From Glycera tridactyla (Eukaryota), in assembly GCA_965644265.1 (NCBI GenBank), contig OZ286468.1:66774001-66838000 (forward strand): DNA of 64,000 nt, given 5' to 3'. Under the pieces are notes generated by a model. That model saw nothing but the letters and a program-made list of their open reading frames with translations, did no database searches and was not told where the DNA came from. Below, one piece after another: positions 11,780 to 24,928 of the stretch. The translations under genes and the position numbers were made by a program. Position 1 is the stretch's first letter; the number at the start of each line of letters is the position of its first letter.

Positions 11780-14700
11780 TCACTCTTGCAGGGGCATCTT
11801 CAACTGGTCGTTCAGGTTTTGTTTTTGAGATGTTCGTGTAGTCCCATCACAATAATGGCGCAACTCCTGTTCTATCTCTGACCCCTCACATGATGCCTGC
11901 TATGAGAATCACTTATGCACAACGTTGTTATTTTGGTCTAGTCATCTGTCGCCTGATGTGAACTACAAAGCACAAATAAGATGAATACTGCGAAATCATG
12001 GTCTCTTTGGATGAGTATTGTTATACGAGGTTTAACCGTGGAAATATTATTCTTATATGTGAGTATGAATCATCTCGAAATAAAATCTGATGATTCAGAT
12101 GCCGAATACACGTAATGGATCACACATAAATGACAAAAAATCAATACTCATACAAATTTCAGCTGTTGGAGGAATCACGCCGATCTTTCACTGACGTGGG
12201 TTTTTGATATAATAGATAACAAATAGTTGTTTGTTAGTGCTGGTCAAGTTGCTTCATTGGTTGGTTAGCCAGCAGTTATCAAACCAGTGCATAATGCATG
12301 TTATATTATCTCGATCTCAGCTTGACGCTCTTCGACAGACAATCTTTGACAGAGATGCCTCTACCTGCATCTAACGCTTGTCAGTCAATTTCAAACAGTT
12401 ACCTTGGTCATATTTCAAGTGATATGTTTCAATCATGTAAGTTTTAGCATAATCCAGCTTCCAATTACTAGGTACACCTCTCCCCATCAGTTAATCAAAT
12501 TCACTTCGACTGTCAATAAGCCATCATGTACAGTCCTTCTAGACTATACTGCTGATTTTGGTCAGTACCTCACCATGTTTCTCAGACCCCGCTGCTTCGT
12601 CTTGATCCATATTTAGATGTCCCCCTGTAATTCTGAAATAATGATCCTTACAACGTCTCAAAAATGTCCAATTCCGCCTATTTTATCAAGGAGAATCGCC
12701 TTATTTGTTTAACACGTAGTCAAATACAATTGGCCCATAGGTTTGGAGACAGACATGAATGTCATGTTCTCCATGTTTGGCCTTTGATGTACATGCTATA
12801 GACTTCGCTCGACACTCTGACGTTCATGCAAATTCAACATATCACCCCCACACATGGATCCATTATTTCATAGCAAATGCTCGTAACTGCTTCTCATATT
12901 CTCTGATGGCACAATCACTTTGTTGCACGATCACTGCTATCTAGCATTGTCATCAATTTTTCAATCATTCAGGATGACCTTCATAATTTAGGTGACGTAC
13001 CCATTGGCGGCTGAGATAGCTTTTTGATGTGATTAGGCTAACAGCTTTCAACACCTGTGGTGATCTCATCGGAAGCAGATACATTAGGACGACTTGAATT
13101 CAAATCTATTGAGCGTATCAGGTAGACATATGAACGAAATCTGTGTAGCCAACGAATCGTTCTTACTGAATAAAGAGAATAAAGAGAGATTTTCATTGCA
13201 TGCAGGATTTGGTTGTTTTGGGGAAAGTTTGTTCGATTTTTTCCAATAGTGGACGGTTTAAATCTCTTAGTGGACAGACCACGCCAGTTAATGCACAAAT
13301 CGGTCTCTTCTACACGTCATTGGAAATGCCTACCTCTGAATATTGCAACAATAACCTGTGATGTTTCCCCAATGTTTCTCGCTTCCACCAGGATATGATG
13401 CCCATCGCATCGGTGTTGCACAAGACTTTAAACTACCAAAAAAGTCAATCAATTGAATTGATAATCACCGTCTCCGGATTTTCAGGACCTTACAGGTTAC
13501 GGTCTTGACATGACCTCTGATCGTACCCTTCTGTTCTTCCTCACAAGTCTTTATCATGTCCAGTCGTAGGCTTTCAGTATATGTAACCATTTCAGCCAGT
13601 CCGAAGTGTTCCATGCCGAAGTGTTTACCGCCATATGTGTATTTCCTATCAGTAGGCATGACCTTGTCCAGTTCACATCAGTTTTAATAGCAAATATGAA
13701 TTGGCATTTTGAGTGCCTTTTAGAGGGATTGAGAGGGTGTCCATATGATTGGCGGCAAACTAGAGGAGAGCATGAATATGCACTGTTTGTGAGGGGAAAG
13801 ATCCCATATGAGTCAGGAAGGCTCGTGGGATTGTATCAGAGAACCAGTGTGTCAGTAAATGTGCCACTAATGGACTGAGGAGGAGACAGAAAAGTTACTT
13901 AAACTCTTTCAAAGAAACAAGATATTCTCACTTCAGCAATGACTTCAGCAAAGACAAGACAGGCGACAAGCGACAAGACAAATAGTCACAAGGACACGCG
14001 AAAAAAACGAGAGACCCACAGTCAACACGCAGATAGACCGACAGACAGACGGACCTGGAAAGAGTGTAAGATAGAAGAAGGGAGAACACAATGGGATATA
14101 AACAAGAAAAAAATGAGGGGTCCTGACAACAAAGCAAACCATAAACAGAATGAGAAAGAGAGGTCATGAAAAAGGGCAATATATAAGTCATTCTACCAGT
14201 CATAAAAACACACATATAGAGTTTGCAGCGAGTCATTGGCACGATTCATAAGAAAGATAATGTTAGGTATCTCCAGAAAAAGGTCAGCCGGCCAGGAGGA
14301 TCAATAAGAGTATGACAGCGAGCCCCTGGAAAATATTCATATATGCCAGCATGAACATTTATGTTCATATATATAGCAGTAGTTTGAGGATAGATCATAG
14401 CAGGGCCTGCCGTACAGACCTGTTTTACGAGAGTTTAGTTCAAGCCTACATAATAGAGCTATTTGCCTGCACCATACCATGCAGGAATGTTTCACCCTTC
14501 ATCTTCGCTCCTCCTTGGCAGGTGGTCTGATTTAGCCTACTCAAGTGCAGAAAGTGGACCTAAAACCTTAACATTTCATTTCATTTCATTTCATCAAAGG
14601 GTACAGCCAGCCGCTGTAGTTACTCTCTCTTGTAGAAGTTCTGCCAACATATCTCAGTTATTCAGTCCCAGAATATCAACCATGAAGCTCAGTAATATGA

Positions 14701-15206
14701 TGCCTCCCTAACGGAGAGTGAAACAGAAATGAAGAGTATGATCACCAGCGATGACATATAGCATGATTGAAGTGGTGCCTCATTGGGTTCTCCTCGGTTT
14801 TGAACATGACAACCTGTGAAGTTACGGTGACTCTAGAATTCCAGACCGGAAAGCATTTCAACCAAATTTAAGTTATGTTGAAAAGTAGGCCCAGTGTCCT
14901 GATCAGAAAGCTGCGGGAGCTGCGTGGTGTAGTGGTAGCGTCTTCACACTTGACCCAAATGTAGAACAGCTGTTGCTGCAGCTAGTCGTGGGATGGGTGA
15001 CCATGGCTTGGGTGTGAGGATGCAATGGTACTGGTATGGGTGAGCCATGCACTACACCAATAGTCACAGACTATGCCAGTGGTCTGGGCCCCCTAGTGTT
15101 GAGCTCAAAACACAGAAAGAGGCGTGAGCTACACACCACCATGGCTGGGTGATGGTGTGAGCGCCTACCTGGGATCTGAAAACAATGGTTCAAAGTTAGC
15201 AGTGGT

Positions 15207-18004
15207 GCTATAATAAATGTTTTAGATGGGAATGATGAGTTAAATCAAAGAAGCAGTTCTGGAACACGAGTAAATGGGTCTTTTAAACACCCATCGTCAG
15301 GCAAATACGTCAACTCATGGAGAGCGACTATGATACAGATATATATATTAGAAAGCGTTCTCTGTCAACGCGAACAATGAAGGGAGATGGAGAGTGATTT
15401 GTCGGTTTTCTTTTATCATGACCACAATTTGGGTAAGATGACAATATTCTCAATCCACTCTAGCATACACTATGTTCAGATAAAGACAATGTCGGGTGGC
15501 TGGCAAAGATCATGAGCCCTTCCCACCCGACGCTGTGCTATCACCAGTAGGTTATGCATTACCTCTGCAAATTCGTGCGGAAGGAGAGGAAAATTAGCTA
15601 GGAGTATAACCTGATATGGCTTTGTACCAGACAAAGGACAAATGCATCTGTCTTTCAGCAGTTGATACCATAATGATGCCAGGTCTGAAATTGAGCAGGC
15701 TTTATTTAATGCTTTGAAGCGAATCTCTCCTCCACACATCAAAATTGGCCATTCAACAGATCGGCTGTCCATTGNNNNNNNNNNNNNNNNNNNNNNNNNN
15801 NNNNNNNNNNNNNNNNNNNNNNNNNNNNNNNNNNNNNNNNNNNNNNNNNNNNNNNNNNNNNNNNNNNNNNNNNNNNNNNNNNNNNNNNNNNNNNNNNNNN
15901 NNNNNNNNNNNNNNNNNNNNNNCAGTGGGAGTATGAACACCACAGCTGAACAGACCAGATGCCAATGGTGAAATTGTGTTCTGATGAAGTGTTGGACATC
16001 AGTTGCCATATGCATCCGGAGAAGAAATTGACTCTTCCCTGTATTGTAGTGTTCATGAGAGAAAAAGCAGAATATCCTGTTCATAACACAGTATTTTCGG
16101 GTGGCTGTTCTCTATAGGTCAGCAGAGACGTCATCATCAATCTAAGGCTAATTGTCGCCTCTGGCGAGAAGACGAAATCACTGGCTAATGTTATTCACTG
16201 AATACGATGATGAGTCTAGGGATCACTAGCACTACTGTCTTGGGGGTGATTTCGAGGAATACTACACACGTCTCTCGATTTCGCAAATATCATTCTAGCT
16301 GAATATACCATACCACCTCCATATATTGCAGCCATTCGTCTGTATCTTTGAAACATATTTGATACAGATGTAATAACTTGTCCGACTCATTGGAGGTACT
16401 TCACTAAACAAGGAACTGCAAGAACAGTATCAGTGGTGGTCGTGAAATAGGCCGATATTATCTTGGAAGCTATCCTGAGATCTAATTTTCGGATGCCAAG
16501 GTTTTATGCAATATATTTTGTGCCATACGGATAGTTTTGAAGGTCATGAAGTGCTGAGAATCACGCAATTGACGTTATACTCGTGGAGAGTTGCTCGACA
16601 TATTCATGAAGCATTACGAGGACAGCCTATCTAATGCACTGTCTGCGAGTCAGTATGTCGCCAGTTACCAGAAGTGACACCTTGAGTGTCTGTGAATTTC
16701 ATAAATGTTTACCTTCTATTGGGGACCCAGAAAGAGTAGTCTTGAACGATGTCGCTGGTGATGATGTGATGTTAAACCAGAACCAGCCAACTAGAGCACA
16801 TGCTCCATGGAAACTGTTAAAATAGTGGTTAAGACATTGGTGGTGAAGGTGAATAGCTGGACGGTGAGGGCGGTGAGACATATTTCCTCATCTGTATGGG
16901 CAAACTTATTGTGGAACAGCCGAATATTTTGAGCAGGGGATGACTTAATGTGTCAGGTGGTTTATCTGATTATGAACGGAATAAAATCACTTACAGATTA
17001 TTCTCACTAGTTTTTATCCAAGACATTATCAGCGCTTGTCAATAAAAATAAATACGAAACGGCTCAAAGGTTGTTTCACAAAGACACACATTTGTCAATA
17101 TGTGATTATAGACTTCAGAACCTGCACCTTAGCAATTTCATATCAATGGAGCATACAAGGCTGAAAAAGGTATACCTAGAGATAGTCCGATCAAGGATAT
17201 TCCCACATGAACTCATCCATTATGGATCTGGCGGGAAAGGACAGATAAACCCTACTCATGCTCATTGCATTGGCCTTAACATGATCACATTTGAAACAGA
17301 CTGAAACAGGCGTTGATCCCAAACCATCAAATCCACCTTCTTCATACATACCTGCACAAGCATGCCCGGAATGGTACGTGCTCTGATTAGCTTCGTTATT
17401 TTTGAGTGATACTGGTTGGTTCTGACATGATTGGGCATCAAGGGAGACGTCAGGGATGATTGGCTTATTGTTCCCTTCTAATGTGCCTGGCTGCAGCCGG
17501 TTGCCATCTAAAATGTGCCAGATCCAAGTGTGCTGATCACGTGTCACACACCCGAGTCATCAGTCCTGTCCCATCATACTTTTAATGATACAAAAGATTA
17601 TACAGGGCCCCCTCTGGACTCGTCAACTTCGGGTTCCTAATTGGTTATGTTATTACCAAGTCATATTGGAACAGTAAGAAGGTTTAACCAATCAAGTCGT
17701 ATGTGGGATATCTTCGGACTCCACTAGATAATATGAGATTGGAGAAAGCCAGTTCTCTAGATTATACCTCGCCAGCAGCCATGGACACATTGATCGAGGG
17801 ATTTCACCTAGAGACAGAGTTAAGTTCTCCAGAATACAGTTCCTTGGTTCCAGGATATTCACGGCGCTGGTCTTCCTTGCACGTGAAACTAGCCTATTAT
17901 AACGATCATTAAAACTTTCACCAGCATCCAGTTGTTTCCATTTATATCTCAAGACATGTGTCGAATTCGTCGAAATATGCAGCAATATTAAAAGTGCTTA
18001 TCTC
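15207..18004 (+). pseudogene. Decayed NACHT-LRR (NLR-like) gene, copy 3
   Basis: Near-identical to copies 1 and 2, plus a TCA>TAA change at ~17911 that shortens the 116-aa plus-strand ORF. Confidence 0.55.
15775..15922. other. N-run, 148 nt
   Basis: Same flanks as 3215-3418. Confidence 0.9.
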
Positions 18005-20419
18005 TCACTCTTGCAGGGGCATCTTCAACTGGTCGTTCAGGTTTTGTTTTTGAGATGTTCGTGTAGTCCCATCACAATAATGGCGCAACTCCTGTTCTAT
18101 CTCTGACCCCTCACATGATGCCTGCTATGAGAATCACTTATGCACAACATTGTTATTTTGGTCTAGTCATCTGTCGCCTGATGTGAACTACAAAGCACAA
18201 ATAAGATGAATACTGCGAAATCATGGTCTCTTTGGATGAGTATTGTTATACGAGGTTTAACCGTGGAAATATTATTCTTATATGTGAGTATGAATCATCT
18301 CGAAATAAAATCTGATGATTCAGATGCCGAATACACGTAATGGATCACACATAAATGACAAAAAATCAATACTCATACAAATTTCAGCTGTTGGAGGAAT
18401 CACGCCGATCTTTCACTGACGTGGGTTTTTGATATAATAGATAACAAATAGTTGTTTGTTAGTGCTGGTCAAGTTGCTTCGTTGGTTGGTTAGTCAGCAG
18501 TTATCAAACCAGTGCATAATGCATGTTATATTATCTCGATCTCAGCTTGACGCTCTTCGACAGACAATCTTTGACAGAGACGCCTCTACCTGCATCTAAC
18601 GCTTGTCAGTCAATTTCAAACAGTTACCTTGGTCATATTTCAAGTGATATGTTTCAATCATGTAAGTTTTAGCATAATCCAGCTTCCAATCACTAGGTAC
18701 ACCTCTCCCCATCAGTTAATCAAATTCACTTCGACTGTCAATAAGCCATCATGTACAGTCCTTCTAGACTATACTGCTGATTTTGGTCAGTACCTCACCA
18801 TGTTTCTCAGACCCCGCTGCTTCGTCTTGATCCATATTTAGATGTCCCCCTGTAATTCTGAAATAATGATCCTTACAACGTCTCAAAAATGTCCAATTCC
18901 GCCTATTTTATCAAGGAGAATCGCCTTATTTGTTTAACACGTAGTCAAATACAATTGGCCCATAGGTTTGGAGACAGACATGAATGTCATGTTCTCCATG
19001 TTTGGCCTTTGATGTACATGCTATAGACTTCGCTCGACACTCTGACGTTCATGCAAATTTAACATATCACCCCCACACATGGATCCATTATTTCATAGCA
19101 AATGCTCGTAACTGCTTCTCATATTCTCTGATGGCACAATCACTTTGTTGCACGATCACTGCTATCTAGCATTGTCATCAATTTTTCAATCATTCAGGAT
19201 GACCTTCATAATTTAGGTGACGTACCCATTGGCGGCTGAGATAGCTTTTCGATGTGATTAGGCTAACAGCATCCAACACCTGTGGTGATCTCATCGGAAG
19301 CAGATACATTAGGACGACTTGAATTCGAATCTATTGAGCGTATCAGGTAGACATATGAACGAAATCTGTGTAGCCAACGAATCGTTCTTACTGAATAAAG
19401 AGAATAAAGAGAGATTTTCATTGCATGCAGGATTTGGTTGTTTTGGGGAAAGTTTGTTCGATTTTTTCCAATAGTGGACGGTTTAAATCTCTTAGTGGAC
19501 AGACCACGCCAGTTAATGCACAAATCGGTCTCTTCTACACGTCATTGGAAATGCCTACCTCTGAATATTGCAACAATAGCCTGTGATGTTTCCCCAATGT
19601 TTCTCGCTTCCACCAGGATATGAGAGCCATTTATTTGTGTAGACAATCAGTAACTACAACAGCAATTCGATGTTTATATTCTCATCATCCGGTTCTGGTT
19701 CTCCCCGTGATTTCTAGAAATGAACTCACGGCTAACATAAACGAATGCACCATCGTTTGTATGGTCTAGTTTCACGAGATTAGTTGTCTGCCTGCAAATA
19801 GCACAGTTGCTGGACTGTCTTGACAGATTGCCAGAATTTCCCACTGTGTTTTCCGTTGCATTATGATCTGTCTTCCGACCTCACTCTCCATCATCGTGTA
19901 GGTCTTCCACGTCACCTTCCAGCCATATCTGCGCTAAACCTTGAGATAGTTCGGCACAAACGGTTTCAGGTTTGTTGCGAGTAAGATGGCAAGAACTGCC
20001 ACTGGTATACCGACTTATTCAAATCCATCTTACTGACTATCTCAACTGAGCACAGCTGCGGACTGCGTATTGACAAAAGGAGGATTTTGAGAAGAGATTT
20101 ATGGTTGGGAAGTTTTGAATTAGATCGCAACTGATAAGTCAGGGTCTGAGATAGGCCTGGATGCCTCAGGGTCTGAAGGATTGATGGATGGATTGAGAGA
20201 TGGTGGGTCAGTGGGTGAATGGATGGATGGATAAGAATAAGGAGTTTAAAGGCAAGGAATATATAAGCACATGATGATATTTATCGATGCGGTATCAATG
20301 TGGTATCAGAAATACATTATTGGTGAAGAAGAGCGAAGATGACACTCGTCACTGATGCTGATTGCTGTGCTCTGATCTCACTCTACTCGGCTAACGTATA
20401 GTTTTGCTGCCTGATTCTC

Positions 20420-21350
20420 ACTGGCTTGAATGTGGCCCGATCCCATGTTTCCCTTTACAGGCATGATCAACAGACTTGGTTGGTGTTCAAGGAGATTTTG
20501 AGCAGACTGCGCCTGACATACACTCAAACGACGCGTAACGTATCACCCGCGATAGCTAGCATCACAGATTCCTACAAAGAAATTCGCAGCCAGGTCGAAT
20601 TATGGACAACAACCGGACAATCATAAATATGGAACTCATTCTCGTGAATTTACGGTGCATGTATGGCGCTGTGCTTCAAGTCTGCTTCAGACGCCAATTC
20701 CAAAGCAGCAAACAAACGTCTCTGTCATCTTGCGAATGGATCAATGGTGAAGCTTTACAAGGCTCTCGACCACGCCTTCTACTTTTCTTCAATGAGCTCA
20801 TCGACAACCGTACCGGGTTATTGCGCGTGACTAAGCCATTTCGACATACAGATGACACAGCTCTCGTGTTCGAGAATCATAAGCTGATGTATATTGCGCC
20901 GACACTGAACACAAAGCTCCGGCGCTTGATGAACTGGTTCAATCATATTGAAAGCGTTACCAGGACCACCCACGAAGGTCTGCAGACCTAATACATGAGG
21001 ATAATCGTGTGAGACAGTCAAATTACGAACTTCATCAACTCGAGTATTTCATAATAGAGTGACCCCGAGCGTGTCTTGAAGCTATATTGCCATACTGGGA
21101 AGGGGCGTGTCTTTCAGTGCTACTAATTGCTGATATCACCCCGGTTTGAACAGACTACTGATATAACGACATTCGAATGAATCCATGAAGACCATTTGTT
21201 TTGTCCCGTTTTCAAGTAGATCTTAGAACACCTTGTGTGTACATAGAGCAGTCAATGGGAATATCTATTCACTGGAATATCAGATCACTTGGTCATTAAG
21301 TGGTCGATCAGATAACTTTCCTCGTAGCCTTCCATAAACAGTACTCGAAT
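20420..21350 (+). mobile_element. Old L2/CR1-group reverse transcriptase fragment
   Basis: Fragments AIASITDSYKEI and GEALQGSRPRLLLFFNEL..FRHTDDTALVF..LNTKLRRLMNWF correspond to degenerate GVPQGS and ADDT motifs. An FDYCDI-like remnant lies near 21145. Confidence 0.6.
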
Positions 21351-23088
21351 AGATACATATCATTGACGCATTTCGAACGATTAAGGAAACGAGAGAAAAA
21401 GATATGCCCAACAATGTTTCCCTTGTATAATTCATGATAGCGATATAATGGTCATTCCCAGTGGAGTGCATGATGAGTGCTAAAACTGTATTCATAATAG
21501 ATGATAACGGTCTGTCTCTCCACATGGATTATCACCGACGGTGTCCCTCTCCTCTTTGTTCATCTCTATAGTGTATGAAGGTTACTTGTCGCTTTTGGAT
21601 AGGTCCAACTTTGCCACATGGGATATGTCGAGAGAATAGGATAAATCAAGAAAAAAGAATAAGATAGATTGGTAGTCACGCTGAGCTTTGATGAATGGAT
21701 GTACCACATCCTTGTTATCAAAGGATGGCGTACTCACACATGGGGATTCTCGACCCTTCGACCTTCATATTGGACTATATTAGGGAAACATTAGAATGTG
21801 AGGTACGCGTTATTCCCGAAGAGGTGTGCCGAACAGTCCGGGACACAGGAGGCCAGAGGCTGAGTCAGTTCCAGACCCCTAGGCACACCGGGTTGGGAAT
21901 GACAAGCGGATCTCATCTTTCTCTTATCTTTCTCCACGGATTTGCTCATCAAATTTGTCCATTTCAATCTGCATTCAGTGAAGGATAAACTTGGAAAGCA
22001 AGGTGAAAGTGTGAAATTGTTTCGCATATAGTATATTGATGATCTTCCCAAATCACAATGCTGAGGTGAACCTCCTTGCGAGCCATACCATTTGACACGC
22101 CGACAGTTTGACCAGAAATCATGGTTTGGTGGCAAAAGGGATATATATGAACCATTTGGTGTTGAAGGTGGGTAAAACAAAGATCCTATCGAATGGCACA
22201 GTGGCCGACTTGTAGAACTCATCTATGGAGCATGTGGATATTCTAATGTATCTTAGGATTTTATTGGACTGAAGTGTAATTACCGACCTGCGCTGATTTC
22301 ATCGAATACCAGAACTCTTGTTCCTATGAAGAATGGGATGACCAGTTAAAGCTCCCTGCAGCGAATACTGGGTCTTGATCTATTGAAGATAAACATAAAA
22401 ACATACTGGCATTTTTATGCATCGAAGACCAAACACGCCAAATCTTTTTGGAATCGAGACTTTGAATGGGTATTGGTTGGTGGGTTTGAATGTGAGTGAA
22501 TGTATGAAGCCATAGGATAATGCATACTGTGTAATTCCGGTCAATAGAAACCGGATCGGCTGTCCCTATAAGGATCACTCACCAACACAGCCTGATAGGG
22601 GCCACAGAGTTTGTCCTGTCCAGGTAGCTGTCTCACAGCTCCACCTACATCACATACATTAATGCACCTTCAAATGCCGTTCCAAATGTTGTAACTGGAA
22701 GCTAACTAACAAGCATGAGAAAGAGTGGTGTGTACGAGCGTGTACGAGCAATGCCTCCTTCTGGTGATTTACATCAAAATCATTTGGATTCACTCAGATC
22801 TGGTATCTTTGTTCCCACTACACTTTTATCTTTTTCAGTATCTGCCATTGGCCAGCTAGGTCTTCATCTGTGTTAACATTTGCATCTTATATCTCTAGCT
22901 CACTCGGTTATCAGCAGATAATCCTAGGCTAAGTTTATAGCAGCATGCTGGCATGTATCATTGAGTATGTATACAGCCTGGCCAGAAAACATAACGATCG
23001 ATTTCTCTGATCGAGACATAAGGCCACCTTTGAACTGTTTGGGTACATGTGGACATGTGTGACATAAGATGAAGAGACCCATCTGTCG

Positions 23089-23167
23089 ATCCATCCATCC
23101 ATCCATCGGTCCGTCAATTTGTACATCCATCCATCCATCCATCCATCCATCCATCCATCCATCCATC
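23089..23167. repeat. (CATC)n microsatellite
   Basis: Direct read of the sequence. Confidence 0.9.
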
Positions 23168-23208
23168 TATCCCATCCCTCCGTCTGTCAGTATGTCTGTC
23201 TGTATATA

Positions 23209-23451
23209 NNNNNNNNNNNNNNNNNNNNNNNNNNNNNNNNNNNNNNNNNNNNNNNNNNNNNNNNNNNNNNNNNNNNNNNNNNNNNNNNNNNNNNNNNNNN
23301 NNNNNNNNNNNNNNNNNNNNNNNNNNNNNNNNNNNNNNNNNNNNNNNNNNNNNNNNNNNNNNNNNNNNNNNNNNNNNNNNNNNNNNNNNNNNNNNNNNNN
23401 NNNNNNNNNNNNNNNNNNNNNNNNNNNNNNNNNNNNNNNNNNNNNNNNNNN
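23209..23451. other. N-run, 243 nt, next to simple repeats
   Basis: The left flank ends in TATATA, so this is probably a masked or unresolved microsatellite. Confidence 0.85.
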
Positions 23452-24304
23452 CACTCAATCAACCATTATTCTATCAGTTCCCCCTTCTCTTTTTCTCGCT
23501 GTCTGTATATATGTGTGCGTATGTGCTAGTGTTTTCTGTCCCCGACTACCAGCCTATCTGTTCTGTTGTGTCTGTCTGTCTGTATTTTCTACCAACTGAC
23601 GAGGTGGATGATATTCTATAAAATTTGCCTGTATTCATGAGCGTCCGTGATCATCCAAGTTGACAATGCCGGTAGATCTGAAAGCATCGTTGATGGTGAA
23701 AACGGTGTTGGAGTGGCTCCCGTGGTGGTTCGCAGAGTGTCGTGATTAATGGCATATGCATCAACGTCAGTTTGACGTTCGAGGGTCTCCATGAAGAGTG
23801 CATGAGATTTGCAGTTTTCGAGAATCTGAACAGTTTCCGTCCAGTTCAATGGCATGTATCAACCCAGAAGATCATGTATTCCATGTGATGTTGATATATT
23901 GGAGCTGGATGTTCTGTCTTTCGGGCATCACTCTCACAGACCCTAAACCCCAGATTGTAGGAATCCACGATAGGTGTAGGAGAAGCTGACAGGGCAAACA
24001 CTTCTATACAACTTTTGGAACCTATCAATTCTATATCCAAGTATATGACTGTTCAGAAGCTGACGCCCAGTTCTCCTTCCCGAAGAGCATAAGTACCTAA
24101 TGCAAGTGAATTCGCTAGGCTCGTAAAATACTGAACCAATCATTTCAGTCATGAACTCTGACTTTCAGGTTCACCATGTTTACAATTATGTCTGTCCTAC
24201 ATTCGTAGTACACTGCACATGAGAAAAGCTGGGATGAGGAAATTCAAGAGGAAAACATTTGTGGGATGGAGGTGAAAGGATGACTCTTCGCGAGCTTCGG
24301 TCTC

Positions 24305-24410
24305 TCTGTACGACCCACTGCTGTCCTTTGCAAAGGGTAGACGATTGTGCCTGGCATCATTGTTTTTTTCTCAGGCATCTTCAGTCTTTCAGTCCGGTAT
24401 GACCCAAGAA
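24305..24410 (+). mobile_element. SINE fragment, same family as 38630-38844
   Basis: Shares CCACTGCTGTC..CAAAGGGTAG..CCTGGCA..TTCAGT.TTTCAGTCCG.TAT.ACC.AAG with the 38.7 kb copy. Confidence 0.55.
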
Positions 24411-24928
24411 AGTTGGAGGGATTTTGAACCTGGAGTTGATTGCGTGCCTGGCCCCATTGTGGCCTAATTTCCTGTACAACAGGAATCGGATACATCCGAG
24501 TCAGATGTCAGGCACAGTGACCTGATAAATGATCAATAACAGGGGATTCACCTGCCCACCGGGGCTACAATGCCGGGCTAACGACCCCGGACTCTTTCTG
24601 TCACCATTGAGACTAATCTTGAAGTAGTTTCAGATGATATGTGCTGAGTTTGCAGTGGCATCATGGCTGGTGTAGGCTGGCTGATGTACTGACAAGGTGT
24701 CGTGACATACCTGTCGTAATTCATCGAGAAAAACACCACCTTCTCCACCGGCAGCACCAGGTACCGACGCTAAAATGGAAATCGCCATCGACACCAACAC
24801 CATAAATCCTCTATCACTGAAGCAACCCCTCTCAGATCCACTGCCACATTTACTGCAACCATCACTACAATCACCACTCATCACCAGCATCATTAGAGTC
24901 ACAACCGCAATGACCTCCATTGATTGTT

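Larger units (their letters stand above)
7544..13822. repeat. Array copy 2 (6279 bp), chimeric between copy 3 and copy 1 types
   Basis: Shares variants with copy 3 up to 8612 and with copy 1 from 8819 onward; its N-run is 196 nt. Confidence 0.95.
1371..19623. repeat. Tandem array of a ~6.2 kb unit, about 2.9 copies
   Basis: TCGTGGGATTGTATCAGAG starts at 1371, 7544 and 13823. Identity ends at AGGATATGA (7119, 13398, 19623). The ORF track repeats three times. Confidence 0.97.
13823..19623. repeat. Array copy 3 (lacks the last 424 bp of the unit)
   Basis: Has a private 6-bp deletion near 15599 and about 18 private substitutions; its N-run is 148 nt. Confidence 0.95.

Noticed and set aside
3054-16084. 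ORFs of 60-200 aa spanning the N-runs
   Set aside because: They stay open only because N codons translate as X.
22924-23599. MDGWMDGW / IHPSIHPS repeat ORFs
   Set aside because: Translations of the (CATC)n microsatellite and the N-run.
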